Origin: Prolixibacteraceae bacterium
GTDB lineage: Bacteria > Bacteroidota > Bacteroidia > Bacteroidales > Prolixibacteraceae
NCBI GenBank assembly: GCA_963676015.2
Contig: CAXXUQ010000003.1
Coordinates: forward strand, 58,256-122,255
Length of the DNA stretch: 64,000 bases
Reading direction: 5' to 3'
Part shown: positions 18,622 through 27,560 of the stretch, in pieces
Layout of the letters: every line of letters starts with the position of its first letter
Numbering within the stretch: the first letter of the stretch is position 1
Made by a program: the position numbers and the translations under genes
The notes under the pieces: model-generated
The model's database searches: none
Told to the model about the DNA's origin: nothing
What the model saw: only the letters and a program-made list of their open reading frames with translations

Positions 18622-19308
18622 ATGGAACAACAACAAAGTACACGAATGACAATGGATCAGGTACCATTTGACAAACTCGAAAAGGTAGGAATCAACCGCA
18701 GCCTGATTGAAAAAATGGAACAAAAAGAAAAGACCGATTTTCTGAACGGTTTCCGTTCGGATAAACTCTACACCGTAAATGCCCGGATCGGCAATGAAGA
18801 TTACAGAATCCCTGCTAAAATCCGATTGCAAAGTAAGGAGGACGGATCAGTGGATATTAAAATTCATCCAATCCAGCGGTTGAATGTCCCCGATGAATAC
18901 ATGGGGCACAAGTTTACAAAGGAGGAAAAAGGAGCTTTACTGAATGACAAAAACCTGGGCAAAACGGTGGAACTGACTGGCCGGGATGGAAAGAAGGATA
19001 ATTATTACCTGGGTATTGATCCCAAGACGAATGAACTGATTCCGCTCCGGACAAAGATGATCCAGGTGCCGGAAAAGATTAAAGGAGTAACCCTTTCGTC
19101 GGAGCAAAAAGAAAAGCTGGCTTCCGGACAAAAAGTTGAAGTTGACGGGATGATGGGAAAGAATGAGAAGAAATTTTCAGCCACGTTGCAGGTGGATGCG
19201 GCTAACCGGAATATCAGTTTTTCGCAATTCAAGCAAGAAAAATCAGAAGACTTAAAAACCGATGCCAAACAATCAGAAAAACAAGGGGCTAAACAGAAAG
19301 TCCATTGA
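18622..19308 (+). CDS. DUF4099/DUF3945-domain ICE protein
   Basis: VPF.KLEKVGI, FTKEEK..LL...NLG, KIKGVTLS.EQKE.LA.G.KV.V.GM..K..K.FSA.LQVDA. Confidence 0.8.
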   Translation: MEQQQSTRMTMDQVPFDKLEKVGINRSLIEKMEQKEKTDFLNGFRSDKLYTVNARIGNEDYRIPAKIRLQSKEDGSVDIKIHPIQRLNVPDEYMGHKFTKEEKGALLNDKNLGKTVELTGRDGKKDNYYLGIDPKTNELIPLRTKMIQVPEKIKGVTLSSEQKEKLASGQKVEVDGMMGKNEKKFSATLQVDAANRNISFSQFKQEKSEDLKTDAKQSEKQGAKQKVH

Positions 19309-19450
19309 GTAAATAACAGGTCTCGTTTTCAAAACCGGAAGGGGAAATTCTGAAGTGCAGGTTTCCCTTTCTTTTTGGTAAAAAATGAAAAAATGAAGAT
19401 GAAAATGCAAAGAGAAAAAGCAAAGAATCAGGGAGAAAATCTTATTCAAA

Positions 19451-19527
19451 GTGGGGAATGCAAGATGTGTATTTGTATGCACAAATACCTTTTCACCTTG
19501 TCTGGCAGGAGCCAACCCACATTCCCC
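19451..19527. other. oriT candidate
   Basis: GCAAGATGT-GTATTTGT-ATGC-ACAAATAC hairpin nested in CAAG/CTTG and GGGGAATG/CATTCCCC inverted repeats, just upstream of the mobA-relaxase pair. Confidence 0.6.
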
Positions 19528-19584
19528 CCGGCTATGAATGATTCCCCTCTTTGAACTCTTGAAAACAGGAACAGGAAACAAACC

Positions 19585-19953
19585 ATGCGACCCAAATTGT
19601 CAGAGATAGATAAACGAAATGCCAAGCTCATTATCCGGGTTTCTAGAGATGAGAAGCTCAGGTTGCAAATCCTGACCAAGAAGGGAAAATATGGCTGCAT
19701 GAGTGACCTGATCCGGACAAAGGTTTTTAATGAGTCAAACCGAAAAGTTATTTCGCTGGACGAGGAAACCAACTCACAGCTTAAAAATCTGGATTATGAA
19801 TTGAACAAGATCGGAGTCAACCTGAACCAGCTTTCCAAGCGTATGAATTCGTTTGCAGGTTACAATGTTGGGGACAATGATCGTCAATTGCTCCGTCAGG
19901 CTTTTGATATGATGAGAAATTGCCTGATACTACTTCAGAAATTTCTACACTAA
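19585..19953 (+). CDS. relaxosome accessory protein (MobA/MobC-like, RHH)
   Basis: N-terminal RHH-like region; ELNKIGVNLNQL.KR.N motif. Confidence 0.9.
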   Translation: MRPKLSEIDKRNAKLIIRVSRDEKLRLQILTKKGKYGCMSDLIRTKVFNESNRKVISLDEETNSQLKNLDYELNKIGVNLNQLSKRMNSFAGYNVGDNDRQLLRQAFDMMRNCLILLQKFLH

Positions 19954-19992
19954 TTTACCTATCTGTCCCGGCCAATCTCAAAGTACAAATCA

Positions 19993-20910
19993 ATGGTTAT
20001 TAAAATCCACCAGGCATGTAGTACGCAAAACGCTTTGTTTTACAATGAGCGGAAGGTCTTTCAGCACAAAGCTACTTTTTACCACAGTCGGAATACCCCG
20101 GAAATCAATCCTTTTCTGGGAGACAAGAATGCCAGAAATCAGATATTTAAAGAGATTGAGGACAGGAACACCCGTGTTCGAAAGAAAGGGTTGCATATTT
20201 CGGTGAACCCTACTGTTGGGGATTTGGTCAGGCTAGGAGATGCCGGGATCAGGACAGAAATTGATAACCTGATGAAACATCTGGGCTATGGGAACCAGCC
20301 TTATCTGGTATATAAACATGCCGATCTGGAACGGGTGCATTTTCATATTGTTTCGACAAGGATTGATTGTGAAACCGGCAAGAAAATCAAAGACAATTAC
20401 GAAAAGGAAAAAACACAGCGGTTCATCAAAGATTTGGAACAAAAGTATCAGTTAACGAAAGATGATAATCCGGAGAAGCTTAACTTCAGGTTCTCTAATT
20501 CGAGCAAAGACCTGAAACAAAACCTTGAAAACCTTTTTGGACAGTTGAACCGGATGGAGTTTATCACATCCAAAGAAATGTATGATCAGGCACTGGGGTT
20601 ATTTCAGGTAGAAATCCGAAGAGCAGGAAGAGGTCATCTGGTTTTTGTAGTTAATGAAAATGGAAATCCGATCCGTCATCCGGTTAAGATGTCAGACTTT
20701 CAGGATAGGCCTAAGTTTTATTTGTCTGAACAGCAGAATTTGGGTCAACATTCTAAGCAACATCTCAATCCGGATCAAACAGGACAGGGCACAGGAGTTT
20801 TAAAATCATTGATTTTGAAAGAATTGATCAGACAATTAGGAAGCAATCAACAAAAAAAAGAACAGAGATTGAGGTTGCAGAAGAAAAAAGAGAAAAAGTA
20901 CAGACCATAA
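19993..20910 (+). CDS. relaxase (MOB-P-like, short)
   Basis: ALFYNERK Tyr motif, GLHISVNP, YKHAD..RVHFHIVSTRI His-triad motif. Confidence 0.88.
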   Translation: MVIKIHQACSTQNALFYNERKVFQHKATFYHSRNTPEINPFLGDKNARNQIFKEIEDRNTRVRKKGLHISVNPTVGDLVRLGDAGIRTEIDNLMKHLGYGNQPYLVYKHADLERVHFHIVSTRIDCETGKKIKDNYEKEKTQRFIKDLEQKYQLTKDDNPEKLNFRFSNSSKDLKQNLENLFGQLNRMEFITSKEMYDQALGLFQVEIRRAGRGHLVFVVNENGNPIRHPVKMSDFQDRPKFYLSEQQNLGQHSKQHLNPDQTGQGTGVLKSLILKELIRQLGSNQQKKEQRLRLQKKKEKKYRP

Positions 20911-21013
20911 ACGATTGTCTCAAGATTATCATGAGTTATTCAAATGTCACTATTGACTCAGTTTTGTGTAGCTAAATTATGTTATGTTTAAATGCTTTTA
21001 AATATTGTTTTTC

Positions 21014-21021
21014 TATCTTTG
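21014..21021 (+). promoter_or_regulatory. -7 box of the hsdM promoter
   Basis: TATCTTTG matches TAnnTTTG, 48 bp before the ATG. Confidence 0.55.
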
Positions 21022-21068
21022 GGTTCGATATTAAAAGTTCGAAAATTTAGAAATTGTAACACTGGAAA

Positions 21069-23270
21069 ATGAGCAATAAAGCCCACAATAAATTAGTAAG
21101 TTTCATCTGGAGCATTGCCGATGATGTTTTAAGAGATGTATTTGTCAGAGGTAAATACCGGGATATTATTCTACCATTTACCGTTCTCCGTCGACTGGAT
21201 GTATTACTTGAAGAAACCAAAGAAAAGGTACTCGAAACCAATGCTTTTTTAGAGAAGGAAGAAATTGACAACAAATCGGCACTGAAAGATTTCTCAGGTT
21301 ATCCGTTCTATAATGCTTCACGTTTCACGATGGGAAAAAACTGTGAAGAAAACGCGAAATTCAAGTATGTTTCTTTAACATCAGATCCTGACCGAATTGA
21401 TACCAACCTTTTGGAATATCTCGATGGTTTTAGCGAAAACGTTCAGGAAATAATCAGTAAGTTTAAAATCAGGAACCAGCTGGAGACCATGCAGGATGCC
21501 GGTATTACATTTAGCCTGATTGAAAAACTGGTGTCCAATGAGATAAACCTGAGTCCAGACGAGGTTGTAAATTCAAAGGGTGAGATACTTCCGGCATTGA
21601 CCAATTTAGGAATGGGATACGTTTTTGAGGAGTTGATTCGTAAGTTCAATGAAGAGAACAACGAAGAAGCAGGAGAACACTTTACACCACGTGAAATCAT
21701 CAAGTTGATGACACATATTGTTTTTGAGCCATTGAAAGGCAAATTCCCTGACGGGGCACGTTTCACCGTTTACGACCCTGCTTGCGGTAGCGGTGGTATG
21801 CTAACCGAATCGGAAGGATTTGCTTTGCGCATTACCAATAACAAATGCAAATTTCAGTTGCACGGGCAGGAAGTAAATCCGGAAACGTATGCCATTTGTA
21901 CGTCTGACTTGCTGATTAAGGGAGAGGAAACCAGCAACATTGCCTATGGATCAACCCTCTCGAAGGATGGTTTTCGCGGACAGGAGTTCGATTTTATGCT
22001 CTCGAATCCACCTTACGGAAAATCGTGGGTAAACGATATGGACGCTATTGTGGCTGATAAAAAAGAAATTATTGATCCGCGTTTCACCGTTGGAGTTCCC
22101 CGCAGCAGCGATGGACAGTTACTCTTTCTGGCCAATATGGTCTCCAAAATGAAAAAGAGCAGCAAGCTTGGCTCCCGTATCGCTTCAGTTCACAATGGCT
22201 CAGCACTTTTTACCGGCGATGCCGGTGGAGGTGAAAGCAATATCCGAAAATGGATCATCGAAAACGACTGGCTCGAATGCATCATTGGTTTACCGAAGAA
22301 CATGTTCTACAATACAGGCATTTCAACCTATATTTTCTTTCTGAACAACCGGAAAGAAGACGAGCGAAAGGGGAAAGTTCAGTTGATTGATGCCAGCGAA
22401 ATCTATACCAAAATGCGCAAGTCGTTGGGCGCCAAATCGCACGAATTGACAAAGGATCAAATTGATGAGATCACTGCAATTTATCTTGATTTTAAAGAAA
22501 CAGAACAATCTAAAATATTCAACAATTCTGATTTTGGATACCAGAAAATAACCATTGAACGGCCTTTGCGTTTGTCTGCTAAATTTTCAGTTGAAGCCAT
22601 CGAAAGCCTGCGTTTTGCCGATGGACTGCGAGATGAAATGGAATATATCTACCAAACGTATGGCGATGCCATTTATACAAATCTTGATCCACACGAAAAG
22701 GCTATTTTGAAACATTTCGAAAAGGAAGAAATAAAGCTCACAATAGCTCAAAAGAATAAGCTTTTTGATACAAAGACATGGCTGACACAGCGCTCAGTGC
22801 TGGAAACGGCGCAACAGCTCATGAATGAGATCGGCCCGGGGCAAAGCAGCAATTTCAACACATTTACTGTGACACTTGATAAGGTTATTAAAAAGCTGAA
22901 CCTTAAGCTCGATAATTCGGCAAAAAAACAAATCATCGCGGCGATAACCTGGAAAAACGAAGAGGCTGAAAAGGTGATCAAAAAGAAAGAAAAGAACGGA
23001 ACGATCAGCTATGAATCAGATTCAGAATTACGCGACAACGAAAATGTGCCATTACTCGAAAACATTGATTCCTACTTCAAACGGGAAGTTTTGCCGCATC
23101 TTCCGGATTCCTGGATTGATTGCGATAAAACCACTATTGGCTATGAAATATCTTTTACCAAATACTTTTACAAATACCAGCCTTTGCGCGGATTAGAAGT
23201 TATTACAAAAGAGTTAATGCAGGCGGAGAAAGAGAGTGATGGTTTATTACTTGCAATTATTAACGGATAG
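21069..23270 (+). CDS. hsdM: type I R-M methyltransferase subunit
   Basis: GEHFTPREII, YDPACGSGGML (motif I), LSNPPY (motif IV), N-terminal IWSIADDVLRD. Confidence 0.96.
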   Translation: MSNKAHNKLVSFIWSIADDVLRDVFVRGKYRDIILPFTVLRRLDVLLEETKEKVLETNAFLEKEEIDNKSALKDFSGYPFYNASRFTMGKNCEENAKFKYVSLTSDPDRIDTNLLEYLDGFSENVQEIISKFKIRNQLETMQDAGITFSLIEKLVSNEINLSPDEVVNSKGEILPALTNLGMGYVFEELIRKFNEENNEEAGEHFTPREIIKLMTHIVFEPLKGKFPDGARFTVYDPACGSGGMLTESEGFALRITNNKCKFQLHGQEVNPETYAICTSDLLIKGEETSNIAYGSTLSKDGFRGQEFDFMLSNPPYGKSWVNDMDAIVADKKEIIDPRFTVGVPRSSDGQLLFLANMVSKMKKSSKLGSRIASVHNGSALFTGDAGGGESNIRKWIIENDWLECIIGLPKNMFYNTGISTYIFFLNNRKEDERKGKVQLIDASEIYTKMRKSLGAKSHELTKDQIDEITAIYLDFKETEQSKIFNNSDFGYQKITIERPLRLSAKFSVEAIESLRFADGLRDEMEYIYQTYGDAIYTNLDPHEKAILKHFEKEEIKLTIAQKNKLFDTKTWLTQRSVLETAQQLMNEIGPGQSSNFNTFTVTLDKVIKKLNLKLDNSAKKQIIAAITWKNEEAEKVIKKKEKNGTISYESDSELRDNENVPLLENIDSYFKREVLPHLPDSWIDCDKTTIGYEISFTKYFYKYQPLRGLEVITKELMQAEKESDGLLLAIING

Positions 23271-23273
23271 AAA

Positions 23274-24410
23274 ATGGATTTTGAATCAATACAAGCCTTT
23301 TTGCATAAGGCAGATATCCCCAAAATAAAACGTCAGCCTAAAACCTTCATGGGTATTGCGGGGCAACCTCATTACGAAAACGTATTATCCAATATGTATT
23401 CCTTTTATTTTGATGCCAAAGAAGAACACGGATTAGGTGATCTCTTTATTTTGACACTTATACAAATGGTGCAAGAGACAGAGGTTGGGAAGCAGAAGAA
23501 TTTTGCCTTTGCTAACGACCTCTCTAATGAAACTGAATTTCCTACAAAAAAAGGAGGTAGAATTGATTTGTTGTTAACCGACGATTTGCATAGCATAATT
23601 ATCGAAAACAAGGTCTACCATACTCTGAATAACGATCTGGAAGATTATTGGAATTCTGCAAAAGGCGCTGTTGAAAATAAAATTGGCATTGTACTCTCGT
23701 TGTTTCCCATAAACAGCACCGGACATCACCATTTTATTAACATTACACATCCTGTATTTTTGAAAAGGGTAATTGCAAACAGTGGAAATTATTTATTGGA
23801 GGCAAACGATAAATACATGGTCTTTTTAAAAGATTTAGTTCAAAATATTATCAATATGAGCACAAGCATAATGAATAAGGCTGACTTGGAATTTTATTTC
23901 GGAAATCAAAAACAAATTAATGAAATAGCCAGTTTCAAACATCGGGTGAAGACCCATATTTTAAGTGAAGTGGAAAAGGTGCCTGCTCAACTTGATGAGA
24001 AATTTGGATTGGTGCTATCTGGTAAAAGAAGTGACCGTTTGCGATATTACATTTCTTCGGTTAACAGCAATCTGATGATTACCGTGATTGTTGAAGGCTT
24101 GTTATTGTCTGAGAACAAAAAGATGCATATTGTAGTCGAGTTGGCTAAAAGCGCTTTAAAAAATAAAGAGATTTATAAAACAATCAATTTCTCGCAGGAA
24201 GAGGTAAGTGCCAATGTATTTGTTCCGGATTTTTATACCAACAACAGCAATGCTTGGGCTCACTTTGCCACAAAGGCCTACCATCCTAACGAACAGGAAA
24301 TTGCGCATTTAAGCCAATTTATTATAGACAAACTACAAAAGGATCATTTTCTTTCCATCTACCAAAAACTGAATCAACTATTTGCTAATCGAAACAGCAA
24401 CAATGTCTAA
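23274..24410 (+). CDS. PD-(D/E)XK nuclease (PDDEXK_4-like)
   Basis: HYENVLSN, GRIDLLL...IIIENKV.H.LNNDL.DY. Confidence 0.85.
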   Translation: MDFESIQAFLHKADIPKIKRQPKTFMGIAGQPHYENVLSNMYSFYFDAKEEHGLGDLFILTLIQMVQETEVGKQKNFAFANDLSNETEFPTKKGGRIDLLLTDDLHSIIIENKVYHTLNNDLEDYWNSAKGAVENKIGIVLSLFPINSTGHHHFINITHPVFLKRVIANSGNYLLEANDKYMVFLKDLVQNIINMSTSIMNKADLEFYFGNQKQINEIASFKHRVKTHILSEVEKVPAQLDEKFGLVLSGKRSDRLRYYISSVNSNLMITVIVEGLLLSENKKMHIVVELAKSALKNKEIYKTINFSQEEVSANVFVPDFYTNNSNAWAHFATKAYHPNEQEIAHLSQFIIDKLQKDHFLSIYQKLNQLFANRNSNNV

Positions 24411-25776
24411 ATACAAAACATATCCAACATATAAAGATGCCGAAATTCAATGGCTGGGAGAAATTCCGTTGCATTGGAAGGAAATTAAAACAAAGTTTCT
24501 ATTTGCAGAACGTGTTGAGAAGGGGCATCCAAATGAAACATTATTAGCTGCAACCCAGACTCAAGGGGTTATATCAAAAGATAAATATGAGACGAGAACA
24601 GTTACGGCTCAAAAAGATTTTCATTTACTAAAACTTGTAAAAAAAGGTGATTTTGTCATCAGTTTACGCTCTTTTCAAGGTGGTATTGAGATTGCTCATG
24701 AACAGGGCATTATTAGCCCTGCTTATACAATTATGGAAGGTGAAGCGACCGTTTTTAATGGGTATTTCAAACATGTTTTCAAGTCAAATAATTTCATTAG
24801 TGGTCTTACAACCTTCGTAACCGGTATTCGTGAAGGTCAGAATATTGACTATTCTAAATTTAGAATGTCATATTTACCACTTCCTCCACTCTCTGAGCAA
24901 ACTGCCATTGCCAATTTTTTGGACCGAAAAACAAGAGAAATAGATGGTTTTATTACGTTTAAAGAAAAAACCATAGCCTTGCTCAAAGAGCGCAAAACTG
25001 CTATTATTAACAAAGCTGTAACCAAAGGATTAGAAGATACCGCACCGATGAAAGATTCGGGTTACGAATGGTTAGGCAAAATTCCAGCACATTGGCTGGT
25101 GAAACGATTGCGTTATTTGGGGAAATGCCAAAATGGAGTAAGTAATGGTGCTGATTATTTTGGCTCGGGATACCCATTTGTTAATTATGGTGATGCCTAT
25201 AAGAATAGAGTTTTGCCTAATGATGTTTCGGGTTTGGCAAAAGCTACAAAAAGAGATCGGGAATTATATTCGGTAAAGCGTGGAGATGTATTTTTTACCC
25301 GTACTTCAGAAACTATTGAAGAAATAGGTTTTGCATCAACTTGTGTAAAAACAATTGATGATGCTTCCTTTTCAGGTTTTCTAATACGATTTAGACCGAT
25401 GAAGAATTGCTTAGACACTTCATTTTCAAAGTACTATTTCAGGAGTAATTTGCATCGTCCTTATTTTACCAAAGAGATGAATTTGGTTATCCGGGCATCA
25501 TTAAGTCAGGATTTATTGAAAGGTTTGCCCGTAATTCTCCCTTCTCTTTCTGAGCAAAAGTTAATTGGTGATTATTTAGATCAACAAATTGCCAAACTTG
25601 ACCTATCCATTGCACAGGCTGAAAAGGAAATTTCATTGATCAAGGAATACCAACAGAATTTAATTAGTGAAGCAGTTACCGGAAAGATTGATGTAAGAGA
25701 TGAGATTAAAGTTGATATGCCTTTGAATCTTGCAGCTGAAGGTGAAGTTGCTTATAAGGCTATAACTCAAAGGTAG
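24403..25776 (+). CDS. hsdS: type I R-M specificity subunit
   Basis: Two TRDs with repeated YKDS..WLG.IP.HW and LP.LSEQ..I..(F/Y)LD linkers. ATG 24403 overlaps the upstream stop. Confidence 0.95.
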   Translation: MSKYKTYPTYKDAEIQWLGEIPLHWKEIKTKFLFAERVEKGHPNETLLAATQTQGVISKDKYETRTVTAQKDFHLLKLVKKGDFVISLRSFQGGIEIAHEQGIISPAYTIMEGEATVFNGYFKHVFKSNNFISGLTTFVTGIREGQNIDYSKFRMSYLPLPPLSEQTAIANFLDRKTREIDGFITFKEKTIALLKERKTAIINKAVTKGLEDTAPMKDSGYEWLGKIPAHWLVKRLRYLGKCQNGVSNGADYFGSGYPFVNYGDAYKNRVLPNDVSGLAKATKRDRELYSVKRGDVFFTRTSETIEEIGFASTCVKTIDDASFSGFLIRFRPMKNCLDTSFSKYYFRSNLHRPYFTKEMNLVIRASLSQDLLKGLPVILPSLSEQKLIGDYLDQQIAKLDLSIAQAEKEISLIKEYQQNLISEAVTGKIDVRDEIKVDMPLNLAAEGEVAYKAITQR

Positions 25777-25788
25777 TGTAATGATGAT

Positions 25789-25994
25789 ATAACCTCTAAA
25801 GGTTATATTGGTACTTTATAACCTAATAAGGTTATAATTACCGATCGTTTTAGAGTTGATAATGAAAGTGCAATTTAACCTGAAAGGGGACATGAAACAA
25901 ACTTGCACAATTCAGTTCATGATAAATGTGATAAAAGAGTTGCGAATATAACTCATATAGGTTATATTGGTGCATTATAACTCATATAGGTTAT
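25789..25994. promoter_or_regulatory. four palindromic operators ATAAC(C/T)-N6-GGTTAT in two 29-bp-period pairs
   Basis: 25789-25806, 25818-25835, 25948-25965, 25977-25994. The spacers ATTGGTACTTT and ATTGGTGCATT are also alike. Confidence 0.75.
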
Positions 25995-26030
25995 ACTTTG
26001 TCCTCACATGCTACAATTAAGTTTAGAGAT

Positions 26031-26687
26031 ATGGATACAATTAAGGCTGTTCTAACAGGTGATCTGATACAATCACGAAAACTTACTAACGATGATATGG
26101 AGAAAGTGCTAAATGCACTTCACGATACATTCAGTGAGATTCAGGAGAAGATCTTGCAAAAAGAAGCTTACTTTGAAATCTATAGAGGTGATAGTTTTCA
26201 GGTACTGATTAATGAACCTCAATTGGCGCTGAAAGTCACACTCATATTAAAATCCCGTTTACTTAGTCTCTTCGGTCCGTCTAAAGTGAAACCTAATGCA
26301 CGGATAGCCATTGGTATTGGAACAATACGCATGCAAAACAGCAAAATCATTGAATCTCATGGAGAAGCATTTGAACTTTCAGGTTTTGAACTCGATAAAA
26401 TGATTAAAGAATCAACATCAATAAGTATTAAAACTCCCTGGGATGCCGTTAATGAAGAACTCAAAATAAATTGTCTGTTTGCCGACAATACAATCAACAA
26501 TTGGAGTCCAATAACCGCAGAAAGTATATTTAGATACCTGTTGTATGGTGAGACACAGGAAAAACAAGCCCAATATTTTAAAGTTTCTCAGCCTGCCATT
26601 AGTAAGAGACTATTTAATCAGGGAAATATGAAAGCCGTAGATGCTTTTCTGAAACGATTTGAATATATCATCGAAAATCACAAATAA
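26031..26687 (+). CDS. satD: SatD-family protein (class III nucleotide cyclase-like domain plus C-terminal HTH)
   Basis: VLTGDLIQSR, IYRGDSFQ, ARIAIGIG, GEAFELSG; C-terminal TQEKQAQYFKVSQPAISKRL HTH. Likely start ATG 26031. Confidence 0.85.
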   Translation: MDTIKAVLTGDLIQSRKLTNDDMEKVLNALHDTFSEIQEKILQKEAYFEIYRGDSFQVLINEPQLALKVTLILKSRLLSLFGPSKVKPNARIAIGIGTIRMQNSKIIESHGEAFELSGFELDKMIKESTSISIKTPWDAVNEELKINCLFADNTINNWSPITAESIFRYLLYGETQEKQAQYFKVSQPAISKRLFNQGNMKAVDAFLKRFEYIIENHK

Positions 26688-26695
26688 ATAAACAC

Positions 26696-27550
26696 ATGGA
26701 TTACATTCTACTTATACGTCTAATCCTGGCACATCTGATTTCCGATTTTGTCCTTCAACCTACCAAATGGGCAAAAGACAAAGACTCCAACGGATTTAGT
26801 TCTGGCTATCTCTACTTGCATATATTGGTCACAGGTATTACTGCAATGCTTTTGGTTTGGGACACGAACTATCTCTTGCCAATTGTTATTCTGACTTTCA
26901 TCCATGGACTCACCGATGGCATAAAAGGTGAATTAAATAAACGATTCCTCGAAAAATCGCCACTACTAAAACCTTCCTTCAAGAAATCATTGCTATTCAA
27001 ACATTTTCTTAAAAGAATATCACCATTATCCCTTTTTATATTCGATCAAATAATTCATGTTCTCATCTTGGGCACGATGTGGATGTTAATCACCAACGAG
27101 TCTGCAAAATTCTGGACTCAATATGGAATATTACTTCAAAGTCAGAAATTCTGGCTCTACCTATTAGGCTACATCTGGATTTCCATTCCAATTGCTGTTA
27201 TCATTGGCAAAGTAACCGACAAATGGAATAATGAACTAAATTTCCCTCAAACGTTAGAAGAAGGTACAGAAGCAACTAACATTCAAACTACAGACAAGAA
27301 AGTAAAGTCCGGACTTACGAATGCAGGCAAATGGATAGGCATCATCGAACGCATACTAATTCTAACGTTTGTACTAAATCTGCAATTTGCAGCCATTGGC
27401 TTCATGCTTACCGCTAAATCGGTATTTCGGTTTGGCGATTTAAAAGATGGTAAAGACCATAAAAAAACCGAATACATCATCATTGGAACATTCTTAAGTT
27501 TTATGCTATCCATACTAACCGGAATAGCCATCAATTACCTTACCACGTAA
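26696..27550 (+). CDS. DUF3307-family polytopic membrane protein
   Basis: LAHLISDFVLQP, YLH, HGLTD, FIFDQIIH, GKWIGIIER, AKSVFRFGDL, TEYIIIGT. Confidence 0.88.
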   Translation: MDYILLIRLILAHLISDFVLQPTKWAKDKDSNGFSSGYLYLHILVTGITAMLLVWDTNYLLPIVILTFIHGLTDGIKGELNKRFLEKSPLLKPSFKKSLLFKHFLKRISPLSLFIFDQIIHVLILGTMWMLITNESAKFWTQYGILLQSQKFWLYLLGYIWISIPIAVIIGKVTDKWNNELNFPQTLEEGTEATNIQTTDKKVKSGLTNAGKWIGIIERILILTFVLNLQFAAIGFMLTAKSVFRFGDLKDGKDHKKTEYIIIGTFLSFMLSILTGIAINYLTT

Positions 27551-27560
27551 AGCTCTACTT

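Noticed and set aside
25789-25994. Possible mini-CRISPR array
   Set aside because: The repeats are 18-bp palindromes with 11-bp near-identical spacers and there are no cas genes. This fits operators, not CRISPR.
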